NCBI GenBank assembly: GCA_036567965.1
Contig: DATCTN010000008.1
Span: 68,175-132,174 of the forward strand
Reading direction: 5' to 3'
Length of the DNA: 64,000 nucleotides
Source: Candidatus Kryptoniota bacterium
GTDB lineage: Bacteria > Bacteroidota > Ignavibacteria > Kryptoniales > JAKASW01
Notes under the pieces: model-generated
Seen by the model: the letters and a program-made list of their open reading frames with translations, nothing else
Databases searched by the model: none
Told to the model about the DNA's origin: nothing
Position numbers and translations under genes: made by a program
Shown: in pieces, positions 9,826 to 19,023 of the stretch
How the letters are laid out: each line of letters begins with the position of its first letter
Position numbering within the stretch: the first letter of the stretch is position 1

Positions 9826-11104
9826 GATCCTTAAAGTTGATTATCTCGCCCGGGTCGAGGGCGAGGTCTCCCTGAGCGTCAAGACCCACAACGGGAAGGT
9901 GGACGATGTCAAGTTTAAAGTTTTCGAGCCTCCCAGGTTTTTCGAGGCTTTCCTGCGTGGGAGGAAATTCTCGGAAGCGCCCGACATCACCGCAAGAATC
10001 TGTGGTATTTGTCCCGTTGCGTACCAGATGAGTTCAGTACACGCGATGGAGAATGCTTTCGGCGTAAAGGTCGAAGGTCAATTGCGTGAATTGCGGCGAC
10101 TTCTGTACTGCGGCGAGTGGATCGAGAGTCATGCGCTGCACGTCTACATGCTTCACGCGCCCGATTTCCTCGGATACGACGATGCCATACAGCTTGCCAA
10201 GGTAAACGGCGACGCGGTAAAAAGAGGTCTCCGGATAAAGAAGACCGGGAACGACATTGTCATCGCGCTCGGGGGAAGAGAGATCCACCCGATAAACGTC
10301 AGGGTTGGAGGATTCTACCGTGTTCCGCAAAGAAAAGAACTCCTTCCTCTTCTTGATGATTTGAAACGCGCAAGAGACGAATCTTACGAGACGGTTCTCT
10401 GGGCTGCGTCACTCCCCTTCCCGGATTTTGAGTACGATTATGAATTCGTCGCACTCCGTCACCCTACCGAGTATCCTTTCAACGAGGGAAGGATCGTATC
10501 GAATGATGGGCTCGATATTGACATAAGAGAATACGAATTAATTTTCCAGGAGAACTACGCGTCATATTCCAACGCGCTTCAGTCGAGCAGGAAAGGAAAA
10601 GGTGCATACCTCGTCGGTCCTCTGGCAAGATACAACCTGAACTTCGACAAGCTTACCCCGTTGGCGAAGAAAGCGGCCAAGGAGGCGAAGGCAGTTCCCC
10701 CCATCCGAAATCATTTCAAAAGCATCATAGTCAGGTCAGTCGAGACACTTTTTGCATGCGAGGAAGCGATAAGGATAATCGAAAACTATGAACCTCCCGA
10801 AAAACCGGCGGTGCAATTTGAGGTAAGAGCCGGGTTCGGGTTCGGATGCACTGAGGCGCCGCGCGGAATTCTCTACCACAGGTATTTCGTAGGTGAAGAC
10901 GGCCTGATCAAAGATGCGAAGATCGTGCCGCCGACATCGCAGAACCAGAAGATGATCGAGACCGATCTCAAGAATTTCGTAACTGCAAACTTCAAATTGC
11001 AGAAACAGGAGTTAACGCTCAAGTGCGAGCAGCTCGTAAGGAATTACGATCCCTGCATTTCGTGTGCCACACATTTCCTGAAACTTGAGACGATAGAAGA
11101 TTAG
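9815..11104 (+). CDS. [NiFe]-hydrogenase large (alpha) subunit, group 3b-like
   Basis: 429 aa from the ATG at 9815, overlapping the small subunit by 11 nt. N-terminal Ni-binding motif [10 protein letters not shown] and C-terminal DPCISCATH, followed by a 9-aa tail that would be removed by the maturation protease. Confidence 0.9.
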   Translation: MKSKILKVDYLARVEGEVSLSVKTHNGKVDDVKFKVFEPPRFFEAFLRGRKFSEAPDITARICGICPVAYQMSSVHAMENAFGVKVEGQLRELRRLLYCGEWIESHALHVYMLHAPDFLGYDDAIQLAKVNGDAVKRGLRIKKTGNDIVIALGGREIHPINVRVGGFYRVPQRKELLPLLDDLKRARDESYETVLWAASLPFPDFEYDYEFVALRHPTEYPFNEGRIVSNDGLDIDIREYELIFQENYASYSNALQSSRKGKGAYLVGPLARYNLNFDKLTPLAKKAAKEAKAVPPIRNHFKSIIVRSVETLFACEEAIRIIENYEPPEKPAVQFEVRAGFGFGCTEAPRGILYHRYFVGEDGLIKDAKIVPPTSQNQKMIETDLKNFVTANFKLQKQELTLKCEQLVRNYDPCISCATHFLKLETIED

Positions 11105-11116
11105 AGTCCTAAGATC

Positions 11117-11662
11117 ATGGGGAAGATTTCGGCTCCGTCGCCAGAGTTCGGCTCGAACGCCCTAAGTGTAAAGCGATATTCATCCTTGACTGTCGTTGGC
11201 ATCGGAAACGACCTGCGAAGCGATGACGCCGTCGGTTTGATGGTCCTCAGAGAATTGAAACACCTCCTTCCGCCGGAAGTGAAGGCTGCAGAACTCACGG
11301 ACGATCAGCTGGGACTGATCGACCTTATGCAGCCCGACCAAATTATCATTATCATTGATGCTGTGAGATCGTCGTCGCCCGTTGGAACGATCTTCAGACT
11401 AAACGCGGCAAGCGAACCTATCCCGAAGAATTTCTTCTCATTCTCGACGCACAGCATCGATACCGTCCAGGCCATTGAGATGGCGCGGGCGATGGGCAGA
11501 CTCCCCGAGTGTGTGATAGTCTACGGAATAGCAGGAAGAGATTTTTCATTCAGTTCACAGCAGTCGCCGGAAGTAATCGATGCTGCGGAAGTCGTACGAT
11601 CGAGAATACTTGAAGACATCCGGCTTATATCCGCCGAATGTCGGAGTGAATCGGGGATTTAA
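11117..11662 (+). CDS. Hydrogenase maturation endopeptidase (HycI/HoxW family)
   Basis: LTVVGIGNDLRSDDAVG is the family signature (GxGNxxxxDDGxG). Lies directly downstream of the large subunit. The true start may be downstream of 11117. Confidence 0.8.
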   Translation: MGKISAPSPEFGSNALSVKRYSSLTVVGIGNDLRSDDAVGLMVLRELKHLLPPEVKAAELTDDQLGLIDLMQPDQIIIIIDAVRSSSPVGTIFRLNAASEPIPKNFFSFSTHSIDTVQAIEMARAMGRLPECVIVYGIAGRDFSFSSQQSPEVIDAAEVVRSRILEDIRLISAECRSESGI

Positions 11663-11691
11663 TTCAACGGATCCTGAGTCGGCGGTCCGGC

Positions 11692-12384
11692 TTAATCCAC
11701 CTTTGCCTGTGCCATATAAAGATCCACATTTCCCGCATAAGGAGAATTCGGGAAATCCTTTTGGACACGCGTCAGTAGATCGATTGCCCTGTCCTTCTTG
11801 CCGATCTTGATGTAATTCCTCGCTGCCCCCACTAGATACTGTGCTGCCAGGAAATTCTTTGAGTCTCGTGCGGCCGCGCGGTCGTAGTATTCAGCCGCCT
11901 TCTCAAAATCTCCGCGGGTCTCGTAAACTTCGGCCATACCCGCAAGCGCGCTAGCGTCAAGGAGCCTGTCGCTTCCACCATAATCTTTGAAGTATTTCAG
12001 CGCGTTGTCATAATCGCCGATGTAATAATAGCAGTCACCCAGATACACCTTAGCTTCTTCACCGGCATCCGAGCCGCCGTACTTATCGACGATCGTTTTG
12101 AGGCCCGTGATGTTTCTAGTCGGGTCACCGTTTATCGCAACCTGGTAAGCTCCGCCATTGAACAGGTCCATAACTCTCGAAAGTTCCGTCGTTGCTTCCT
12201 CGTTACTTTTGTGCCGGTTATTCATGTATACAAACACTACAAGTATTGCGACAGCGAGACCTGTGGCCAATCCGCTCACGAGCTTCCTGTTATTTCGAAA
12301 GAAGTCAATCGCTTTGAAGTAGGTTGTTACCAGCTGGTCCTGTTTCAGTTCTTTTTTTGTAATCCTTTTTCTGGGTTTGAGCAT
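11692..12384 (-). CDS. Membrane-anchored TPR-repeat protein (YfgM/YbgF-like)
   Basis: 230 aa. One N-terminal TM helix (LVSGLATGLAVAILVVFVYM) followed by TPR-like repeats (LGDCYYYIGDYDNALKYF, AEVYETRGDFEKAAEYY). Confidence 0.6.
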   Translation of the reverse strand: MLKPRKRITKKELKQDQLVTTYFKAIDFFRNNRKLVSGLATGLAVAILVVFVYMNNRHKSNEEATTELSRVMDLFNGGAYQVAINGDPTRNITGLKTIVDKYGGSDAGEEAKVYLGDCYYYIGDYDNALKYFKDYGGSDRLLDASALAGMAEVYETRGDFEKAAEYYDRAAARDSKNFLAAQYLVGAARNYIKIGKKDRAIDLLTRVQKDFPNSPYAGNVDLYMAQAKVD

Positions 12385-12527
12385 ATACCTTCCTCTTAGA
12401 AATCACGAGTTCGTCGGAATCGACGACTTAAAATTTACGCAAAAGAACTATTTCTTGAAAGGCGTGGAGCGAGAATTTTTTGTGCGTATCCAAGAAAAAT
12501 GCATCATCATATGCCGCAGGAATATTG

Positions 12528-13106
12528 CTAAATCCTCTGGTCCAAGACCACATGGAATTTCACTCCGAAACTATCGCTTATCGGAATGAAGACCAGAGAG
12601 GGCCTCTCAATATTGAAATCGGAGAATGCGGCATGAAACTCACCGTCGAAAACGGTGCTGTGCAGATTTGCAGCCTCTGTCACATTGATCGAGATTTTCC
12701 TTTTGACCCCATGAAAGTCGAGCTTGCCGCTGACCATCATGGTTGAGTCCGAAGTGCAACGAACCGTATCGCTGACGAATTCCACACGAGGATATTTCGT
12801 CGATTCGATTGCGCGCATCGCCGTAGTGTCCCGACTTGAGTTGCCGCTGTTAAAGGCAGTCACAGGTGCGGATATGAAGACGGACAAGATGGCATCCGAC
12901 GCGCTATCGACAACAACATTACACGTCACCTCTTTGCATACGCCGTCGACTGAATGAAAGAAATGATCGGCATGATAGATGACAACAGACTGGCGTTTAT
13001 CTCCCTCGACCGTTCTTGTTCCACTGAATCCTGTCGTGTGGGCTGTGCATACTATCAGTCCTGCCGCGACGAATTTGCCGATAATAGTCATCTTGTCTCT
13101 TAGCAT
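12528..13106 (-). CDS. YceI-like periplasmic polyisoprenoid-binding domain protein
   Basis: 192 aa with a signal-like N-terminus. The block FNSGNSSRDTTAMRAIESTKYPRVEF resembles the YceI family core. Assigned from motif resemblance only. Confidence 0.5.
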   Translation of the reverse strand: MLRDKMTIIGKFVAAGLIVCTAHTTGFSGTRTVEGDKRQSVVIYHADHFFHSVDGVCKEVTCNVVVDSASDAILSVFISAPVTAFNSGNSSRDTTAMRAIESTKYPRVEFVSDTVRCTSDSTMMVSGKLDFHGVKRKISINVTEAANLHSTVFDGEFHAAFSDFNIERPSLVFIPISDSFGVKFHVVLDQRI

Positions 13107-13230
13107 GATTTGTGTCCGTACGTCAGACCGAAAGCGTTCCAGTCTTTCCGCACGTTTGGAATTTTCAACCGAGATGAGTCCGGAATGGTTCCCGCCCTTG
13201 TAACGGTGCGCAACGCCGGCGCGACGAGGC

Positions 13231-14901
13231 TTACATTTTCTCGGGAGCCGTTATGCCGAGGATCCTGAATCCGTTTGCAAGCACAATCCTAGTCGCGAGG
13301 CAGAGTGTTAGTCTCGAACTGGCAAGTTCGCGATCGGGTATGACAACTCTATGGACGTGGTAAAATCTGTGAAACGCCTCAGCAACTTCCTGGAGATAGC
13401 CGATTATCCTATGCGGCTCGAATGTAGCCGCTGCTGCCATCACCACTTCCGGGAAAGACCCTAGAGTTTTAGCCAGATCGATCTCTTCTTTTTCCTCGAG
13501 AAGGGAGTTGCCCCGGCCTGACTTTCCCAGGGAAAGAATATCTTCAGTCTGGAATCCCTCGTCAACTGCGAATCTCAATATGCTCGCGATTCTCGCATGT
13601 GCGTACTGGAGGTAGAAGACGGGATTTTCTTCGCTCTGCTTTTTCGCCAGGTCGATATCGAAATTAAGATGAGTCCCGATATTTCTCATGAGGAAGAAGA
13701 ACCGGACGGCATCAGCGCCCACCCAATCAATAAGCTCATCGAGAGTAATGAAATTCGCCTTCCTGGTCGACATTTTCACTACTTCGCCGTTCTGAAGAAT
13801 CGTTACGAACTGATGAATGAGGACCTTGATTTTTTCGGCGTCGTAACCGAGGGACTTCAGCGCGAGGAGGACGTCAGGATATGTGGCGATATGATCTGAC
13901 CCGAATATATCGATCACCAGTTCGAACCCGCGCCGAAATTTTTCGATGTGATACGCCACATCCGGGAGCCTGTACGTTGGCTCGCCGGTGCTCTTCAGTA
14001 TTACTTTGTCCTGTTCGCCGCCGACTGCAGTGGCCTTGAACCACTTCGCGCCATCCTTATCGTACGCAAGTCCGACGGACTCCAGTGCCGCGACAACCTC
14101 CTTAATCTTCCCTGTTTCATAAAGCGAATTCTCATTATAAAAGACATCGAATTCGATGCCGAGCCGCGAGAGGGTTTTCTTAATATCGTTGAAAATATCT
14201 TGTTCGGCTCTATCCTTGAATATTCCTTCGGCCGGTTGATCCATGAGATTTCTTCCGTTCTCATTAAAAAGACTTTGCGCTATCTCGCGGATGTATTCGC
14301 CCTGATAGTAATCCTGGGGGAACTCGATCTTCTCGCCGAGAATTTCCAGGTATCTTAACCTGACCGAATCTCCGAGAACGCGCATCTGGCGGCCGGCATT
14401 GTTGAAATAATATTCCCGGGTAACGTCATGCCCCGTCCATTCGAGGACATTCGCCAAAGTGTCGCCAAACACGGCTCCTCTCCCGTGGCCCACAGTCAAA
14501 GGGCCGGTAGGATTTGCACTGACAAATTCTACCTGAGTCTTCAGTCCGGCAGCGGGATTGGACCTGCCGTATTCCTCTCCATGTTCCAATACAGTTTTTA
14601 GGAATGAAAGGAAATAGGCGTTCTTAAATCTGAAATTGATAAAACCTGGTCCGGCGATTTCCAGTTTCTCTACCAATGTGTCATCCAGCGCGAGGACCTC
14701 GACGATTTTCTGCGCAACGTCGCGCGGCTTCATCTTCAACTCCTTAGCAGCGAGGAGCGCCACATTCGTCGACAGATCGCCGTGCGATTCCACTTTCGGT
14801 TTCTCGAATGAAATCTCGATCGGCTGTCCGGATGAAAGCCGCTCCGACAAGCCGGATTTGACAAGAGCCTCTTCTATACCCTTCTTCAGGAGATCTTTCA
14901 T
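13231..14901 (-). CDS. argS: Arginine--tRNA ligase
   Basis: 556 aa. Class I HIGH-region SANPTGPLTVGHGRG, and a C-terminal anticodon-binding (DALR) region ending in M. Confidence 0.95.
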   Translation of the reverse strand: MKDLLKKGIEEALVKSGLSERLSSGQPIEISFEKPKVESHGDLSTNVALLAAKELKMKPRDVAQKIVEVLALDDTLVEKLEIAGPGFINFRFKNAYFLSFLKTVLEHGEEYGRSNPAAGLKTQVEFVSANPTGPLTVGHGRGAVFGDTLANVLEWTGHDVTREYYFNNAGRQMRVLGDSVRLRYLEILGEKIEFPQDYYQGEYIREIAQSLFNENGRNLMDQPAEGIFKDRAEQDIFNDIKKTLSRLGIEFDVFYNENSLYETGKIKEVVAALESVGLAYDKDGAKWFKATAVGGEQDKVILKSTGEPTYRLPDVAYHIEKFRRGFELVIDIFGSDHIATYPDVLLALKSLGYDAEKIKVLIHQFVTILQNGEVVKMSTRKANFITLDELIDWVGADAVRFFFLMRNIGTHLNFDIDLAKKQSEENPVFYLQYAHARIASILRFAVDEGFQTEDILSLGKSGRGNSLLEEKEEIDLAKTLGSFPEVVMAAAATFEPHRIIGYLQEVAEAFHRFYHVHRVVIPDRELASSRLTLCLATRIVLANGFRILGITAPEKM

Positions 14902-15290
14902 TTCCCTGCGGCTTTTCTGGTTCTAGATGGCGTTCTAGGTTTTCTGTCGATTATATTTTGGATTTTAGCATCTCCCCATAGTTTTTCCAGGCCGTAGAAT
15001 GTGCGCGCGTCTTTGTGGAAGACATGTACCACGACATCGACATAATCAAGAAGGACCCACTGAAGGTTTTGTAGCCCTTCTGCGTGCCATGGTCTTTCGC
15101 CTTCTTCTTCGAGTCCCGCAACGATCGCGTCCGCTATCGCTTTTACCTGAGTTTCGGAGTCCGCACTGCAAACGACGAAGTAATCGGTCATCGAGGTCAG
15201 CTTGCGGAGATCCATTATCGAGACATCTCCCGCTTTTTTTGTCAGGGCGAGATCCGCAATCCGCCTCTGCAATGGTTTTGATTGTGCCAT
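14898..15290 (-). CDS. rsfS: Ribosome silencing factor RsfS
   Basis: 130 aa. DYFVVCSADSETQVKAIADAI and WVLLDYVDVVVHVFHKDARTFYGLEKLWGDA are typical RsfS/IojAP blocks. Confidence 0.9.
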   Translation of the reverse strand: MAQSKPLQRRIADLALTKKAGDVSIMDLRKLTSMTDYFVVCSADSETQVKAIADAIVAGLEEEGERPWHAEGLQNLQWVLLDYVDVVVHVFHKDARTFYGLEKLWGDAKIQNIIDRKPRTPSRTRKAAGK

Positions 15291-15291
15291 C

Positions 15292-15783
15292 TTACTCGGT
15301 ACCCTTGTTCGGTTTCAAATCCTGGAAATCTTTGCCTATGAGTACTTCCACATCGACGTAGCTCCGTGGATCCAGTTTCGTAATCACGTTGGTTTTATTC
15401 ACACCCAATGCTTCTGCCACCCGCAGTGCGTTGGTATAATTGCCCGAAGCGTCGATGACGGTTGTGTTCGGGCGGTTGAACACTTCGCCGTTTGTCGCCT
15501 CGACTACATCGAAGCCTCGTCGCCTGAGGTACGACGTAAATACCATAGCCATATCTGCCGCGCCGCATTCATTCCTGACGCTCACCTGAATGAGCTTCTC
15601 AACTTTAGTCGGGGATGTCCCTTCGGTCCTTTCGATCCTGACGGGCGGATGAAACACGAACCGGTCCAGCAGCGAATAAAGAAGGACTGCTGCGAGAAGC
15701 AGGACGAATACCTGGAGCGATACGGCGAGTATGCTTTTGGGATCGGCGGGATGCCTTGGTTTGCCCCTATTCCTTTTCATCAA
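15292..15783 (-). CDS. LytR_C (LytR/CpsA/Psr C-terminal) domain membrane protein
   Basis: 163 aa. N-terminal TM helix, then VSVRNECGAADMAMVFTSYLRRRGFDVVEATN...TTVIDASGNYTNALRVAEALG. Confidence 0.6.
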   Translation of the reverse strand: MMKRNRGKPRHPADPKSILAVSLQVFVLLLAAVLLYSLLDRFVFHPPVRIERTEGTSPTKVEKLIQVSVRNECGAADMAMVFTSYLRRRGFDVVEATNGEVFNRPNTTVIDASGNYTNALRVAEALGVNKTNVITKLDPRSYVDVEVLIGKDFQDLKPNKGTE

Positions 15784-15884
15784 ATATTGAAAATGCGCGG
15801 GATGAAGTCAGCACAGATCTTGAAGTGGAAGAATTGATTCGTCCGGCCGCGCCCGGTATCCCCTGATACGAAACTCCAGGTTGG

Positions 15885-16376
15885 TTACCTGGGAAGGCCG
15901 TACCATCCCCAGGGATTATAGTAGTTGTATGGATTATAGTACCTGTATAACGGATCCTGATTGAACTGCAGATCTATCATGAAGTTATTTGACGGATGGT
16001 AGTTGAGGTCGGCACGAGTCAAATATATCCCGTTCACACTCTGCGCGAATTTATTCCCGAGAGAACTATAAGGAGAGTTCAGGAGACTAACGTCGGCGCT
16101 AAGTGTCAACGGATTGCTGATGCGGTAGCTAAGGCTGTTGGTGTACATTCCTAACGCCATCGATTGTCCACCCATCGTGGAGAAACTCATCGAAACGGAT
16201 TGGCGCATTGAAAAATTGGCGGGGTTAATGAACCCGAGAATCAGTCCCTCGTTGTCGTCCGGCCTGATCAGAGAATTATCAACGTTCGGTTTATCTGAAA
16301 GTTGATCTCTGAATTGGCCATAGGACACCGAGCTCAAAACGAGGAGCATCACCATCAAGCCCGCAACATTCTTCAT
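15885..16376 (-). CDS. Secreted hypothetical protein with a Tyr/Asn-rich C-terminus (possible small outer-membrane protein)
   Basis: Start moved to the ATG at 16376, which has a GGAGG RBS. Signal peptide MKNVAGLMVMLLVLSSVSYGQ, alternating beta-like segments, and the C-terminus YRYYNPYNYYNPWGWYGLPR. Confidence 0.4.
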   Translation of the reverse strand: MKNVAGLMVMLLVLSSVSYGQFRDQLSDKPNVDNSLIRPDDNEGLILGFINPANFSMRQSVSMSFSTMGGQSMALGMYTNSLSYRISNPLTLSADVSLLNSPYSSLGNKFAQSVNGIYLTRADLNYHPSNNFMIDLQFNQDPLYRYYNPYNYYNPWGWYGLPR

Positions 16377-16636
16377 CTTTTCCTCCGCATTACAAGAAGA
16401 TTTTAAACAAAACCGGAACAAATGTCAAATCATACAGTTAGACGCTCACCAATGCTGTCGGTTCAATCATTTCCCCTATTCATCATTACAATTACTCTAA
16501 TAAACATTAAACAAGAATCGTGTACAAGAAGTTTAGGAAAATGGAAAATACAACGTAAATGTCGGGTGTCCCCGTCTTAATGGGTTGCAGATTCCGAAGA
16601 ATGGATTAACTTGAAGAGACATAAAACGGAGGGTTT

Positions 16637-17335
16637 ATGATGAACCACAAAGGTAACACTTTGGGAGTTTTTCATCGTGCTTTTCCGGTAGAATTGCCTG
16701 ATGAACCCATTCGGTTCATGACGGCAGAAGTCAAGAATGTCGCAGATATAGATCGACTAAAGTATCAGAAGTGGCTTTCAAAATCCGAAAGCTCCGTGTT
16801 AACACTTGGGGGACAGGCGTTCGGATACGGAATAGGCATGGAAAAGTTCGCCGATGAAGGATTCTCGGAGACTCAGGTCGTATTGAAAGACTCTCCTGCT
16901 CTGGCTGAAGGACTCATAATCGAAGGACTGATAGACGACGCGAGGACCAGAGGGCGTCATTACTTTGGGATCTACCGCAACTGCTGCAAGATGGTGCGCG
17001 ACGAGATCTACGCCGCTAACAATGGTTACATTGTGAAGATCGGTTACGATATCATGGCGGTACACTGGACACCGGCAAGTGACTCTGGGGGATTCGGCCT
17101 CCTGATCGAGCCTGCGTGGACGATAAGCAGGGAGAACACCCGGCGCGGGCCTGCGCGCGCTCAAACGCCCGAAATGGAAGCGACGCTCATGTCGATGCAC
17201 GGCATTCTGACCGCGGAAGATTATGTTAACGCTTTCGTTGATGCTCACCGGGAATTCTTATTGCCGTGCGGAGGGAAAGCGCTGGTCTCCGACCAACCTA
17301 TCACGATATTTACGAACCTCCAGGAAGAGTCTTAA
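16637..17335 (+). CDS. Hypothetical protein; possible stand-alone Argonaute N/L1-like domain protein (see finding)
   Basis: 232-aa ORF preceded by GGAGGG and a 215-bp AT-rich intergenic region. No enzymatic motifs seen. Two blocks are colinear with my recollection of the T. thermophilus Argonaute N-terminal region. The coding call is reasonably secure; the family call is tentative. Confidence 0.35.
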   Translation: MMNHKGNTLGVFHRAFPVELPDEPIRFMTAEVKNVADIDRLKYQKWLSKSESSVLTLGGQAFGYGIGMEKFADEGFSETQVVLKDSPALAEGLIIEGLIDDARTRGRHYFGIYRNCCKMVRDEIYAANNGYIVKIGYDIMAVHWTPASDSGGFGLLIEPAWTISRENTRRGPARAQTPEMEATLMSMHGILTAEDYVNAFVDAHREFLLPCGGKALVSDQPITIFTNLQEES

Positions 17336-17369
17336 GGATTGGATGTAACTGAAAAGGAACTACGCACAG

Positions 17370-18200
17370 TCAGCGTGCGGGCGCACTCTTTTTCAATTCG
17401 CGAGGACCCTCAGCCGGAAGTTTCTTCATTGATTCCCTGACAGCATTTACGACGCGACATGCGGCGTATGCTGCCGAGAATCCGGCGTTAATGTTTGTAA
17501 CCGCTATGCCTGGCGCGCACGACGAGAGCATGCTCAGAAGGGCAGTGAGCCCCTTCAGGTTAGCGCCGTAGCCTACGTCGGTGGGAACGGCAAAGATCGG
17601 CCTGGACACGAGTCCCCCTACGACGCTCGGGAGTGCGCCCTCCATACCGGCGATCACCACGACTGCGGCCGCCTTCTGCATGATGTCGACCTTGTTCATA
17701 ACGCGATGAATTCCCGCCACTCCAACGTCGTATAGTCTCGTAAACGCCACTCCCATAGCCGCGCAGACGTCCGCTGCTTCCTCCGCCACAGGGATATCGC
17801 TCGTCCCGGCTGTCACGATGCAAACGTACGGCTCGTCAGCAGGTTTGTCTTTGGAGGGAATAGGATTTATCGTGTACGTCCGCGCCAGCGAATTTACCCT
17901 TCCTCCGGGAAATTTTTTCTTCAGGACCTTCAACTTGTCGTCGGAGAGCCGCGTGATTAGTATCGGTTCACCGGACAACGAAAGCTTTCCGGCAATGCCC
18001 TCTATCTGGTCGACCCCTTTGCCCTCACCGTATATCACTTCTCCGAGTCCCAACCTGAGTCCACGGCTATGATCGACGGTCGCGTATCCAAGATCTTCCG
18101 TCTCCAGCGGGAAACGTCTTATCTTTTCAAACGCCTCATCGGCATTCATTTTTCCGTTCTGGACATCGTCAAGGATTTTCCTGATAGAATCGGCTTTCAT
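17370..18200 (-). CDS. larB: LarB-type pyridinium-3,5-biscarboxylic acid mononucleotide synthase (PurE/AIR-carboxylase-like)
   Basis: Start moved to the ATG at 18200, 1 nt after the larE stop. PurE-like core VCIVTAGTSDIPVAEEA and VVVIAGMEGALPSVVGG, with an N-terminal helical extension typical of LarB. Confidence 0.85.
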   Translation of the reverse strand: MKADSIRKILDDVQNGKMNADEAFEKIRRFPLETEDLGYATVDHSRGLRLGLGEVIYGEGKGVDQIEGIAGKLSLSGEPILITRLSDDKLKVLKKKFPGGRVNSLARTYTINPIPSKDKPADEPYVCIVTAGTSDIPVAEEAADVCAAMGVAFTRLYDVGVAGIHRVMNKVDIMQKAAAVVVIAGMEGALPSVVGGLVSRPIFAVPTDVGYGANLKGLTALLSMLSSCAPGIAVTNINAGFSAAYAACRVVNAVRESMKKLPAEGPRELKKSAPAR

Positions 18201-18201
18201 A

Positions 18202-19023
18202 TCAGATCGTGCCGCCGCCGGATCTGTATCCCTCGAGATCAAGAGTGATCCACTCGTAGCCGCGCGCTTTGGCAGCTCTGGTGAGCTCATCCTTAAGACG
18301 CAGCGCGACAGCCATTTCCTCGGGTGCGGTCTCCAACCTCAGAAAATGTTTGTCTCCGATTTCATGCACGCGAAGGCGAAAAACCCGTAGTCCGCCTTCA
18401 CGCAGAATCGTTTCCAGATCGTCAACGTTCTTCAATTCCTCCTTCGTGATCCTCACTCCTCTCATGATCCGCGAGCTAAGACATGGACTGGATGGTTTAT
18501 CGTGCAACTCGAATCCGTTCTCCAGCATTATCTGCCGGATCTCCGGTTTAGTGAATTCATAATCCGCCAGAGGAAAAAGAATATCGTTTTCGAGCGCGGC
18601 GCGATGGCCGGGTCTTGTGTCCGTCCTGTCCGAAGCGCTGTAGCCGTAAGCAATCCGCAAACAGTCATGTTCCGCCGCAACATCTTTCGCGATCTTGAAC
18701 AACTCCGTCTTGCAGTAATAGCACCTTAACGCGTCATTCGCCATGTACTCCGCCTGATCAACTTCGGTGCTATTTCTCCAGACGTGCTTCACACCGATCT
18801 GCTTCACGAAAGTTTCGACATCGGCTCTGTCATGTGCCGGCATGCTTTCGCTGTCTGTTGTCAGGGCAAGAACTCTTCCTCCGAACTCTTTCCTCGCCTC
18901 TTCGGAAGCCCACACGAGAAATCCGCTGTCTACTCCTCCCGAGAATGCCACGACCAAACCGTCGGCCGTATAATTACCAAGATGCTCGAGAAGGCGTTTA
19001 TATTTTTGAGAAAATCCATTCAT
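18202..19023 (-). CDS. larE: LarE-type ATP-dependent sulfur transferase (PP-loop ATP pyrophosphatase)
   Basis: 273 aa. PP-loop VVAFSGGVDSGF and a conserved Cys-containing SPCLSSRI block, at the position of the sacrificial Cys in LarE. Adjacent to larB. Confidence 0.8.
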   Translation of the reverse strand: MNGFSQKYKRLLEHLGNYTADGLVVAFSGGVDSGFLVWASEEARKEFGGRVLALTTDSESMPAHDRADVETFVKQIGVKHVWRNSTEVDQAEYMANDALRCYYCKTELFKIAKDVAAEHDCLRIAYGYSASDRTDTRPGHRAALENDILFPLADYEFTKPEIRQIMLENGFELHDKPSSPCLSSRIMRGVRITKEELKNVDDLETILREGGLRVFRLRVHEIGDKHFLRLETAPEEMAVALRLKDELTRAAKARGYEWITLDLEGYRSGGGTI

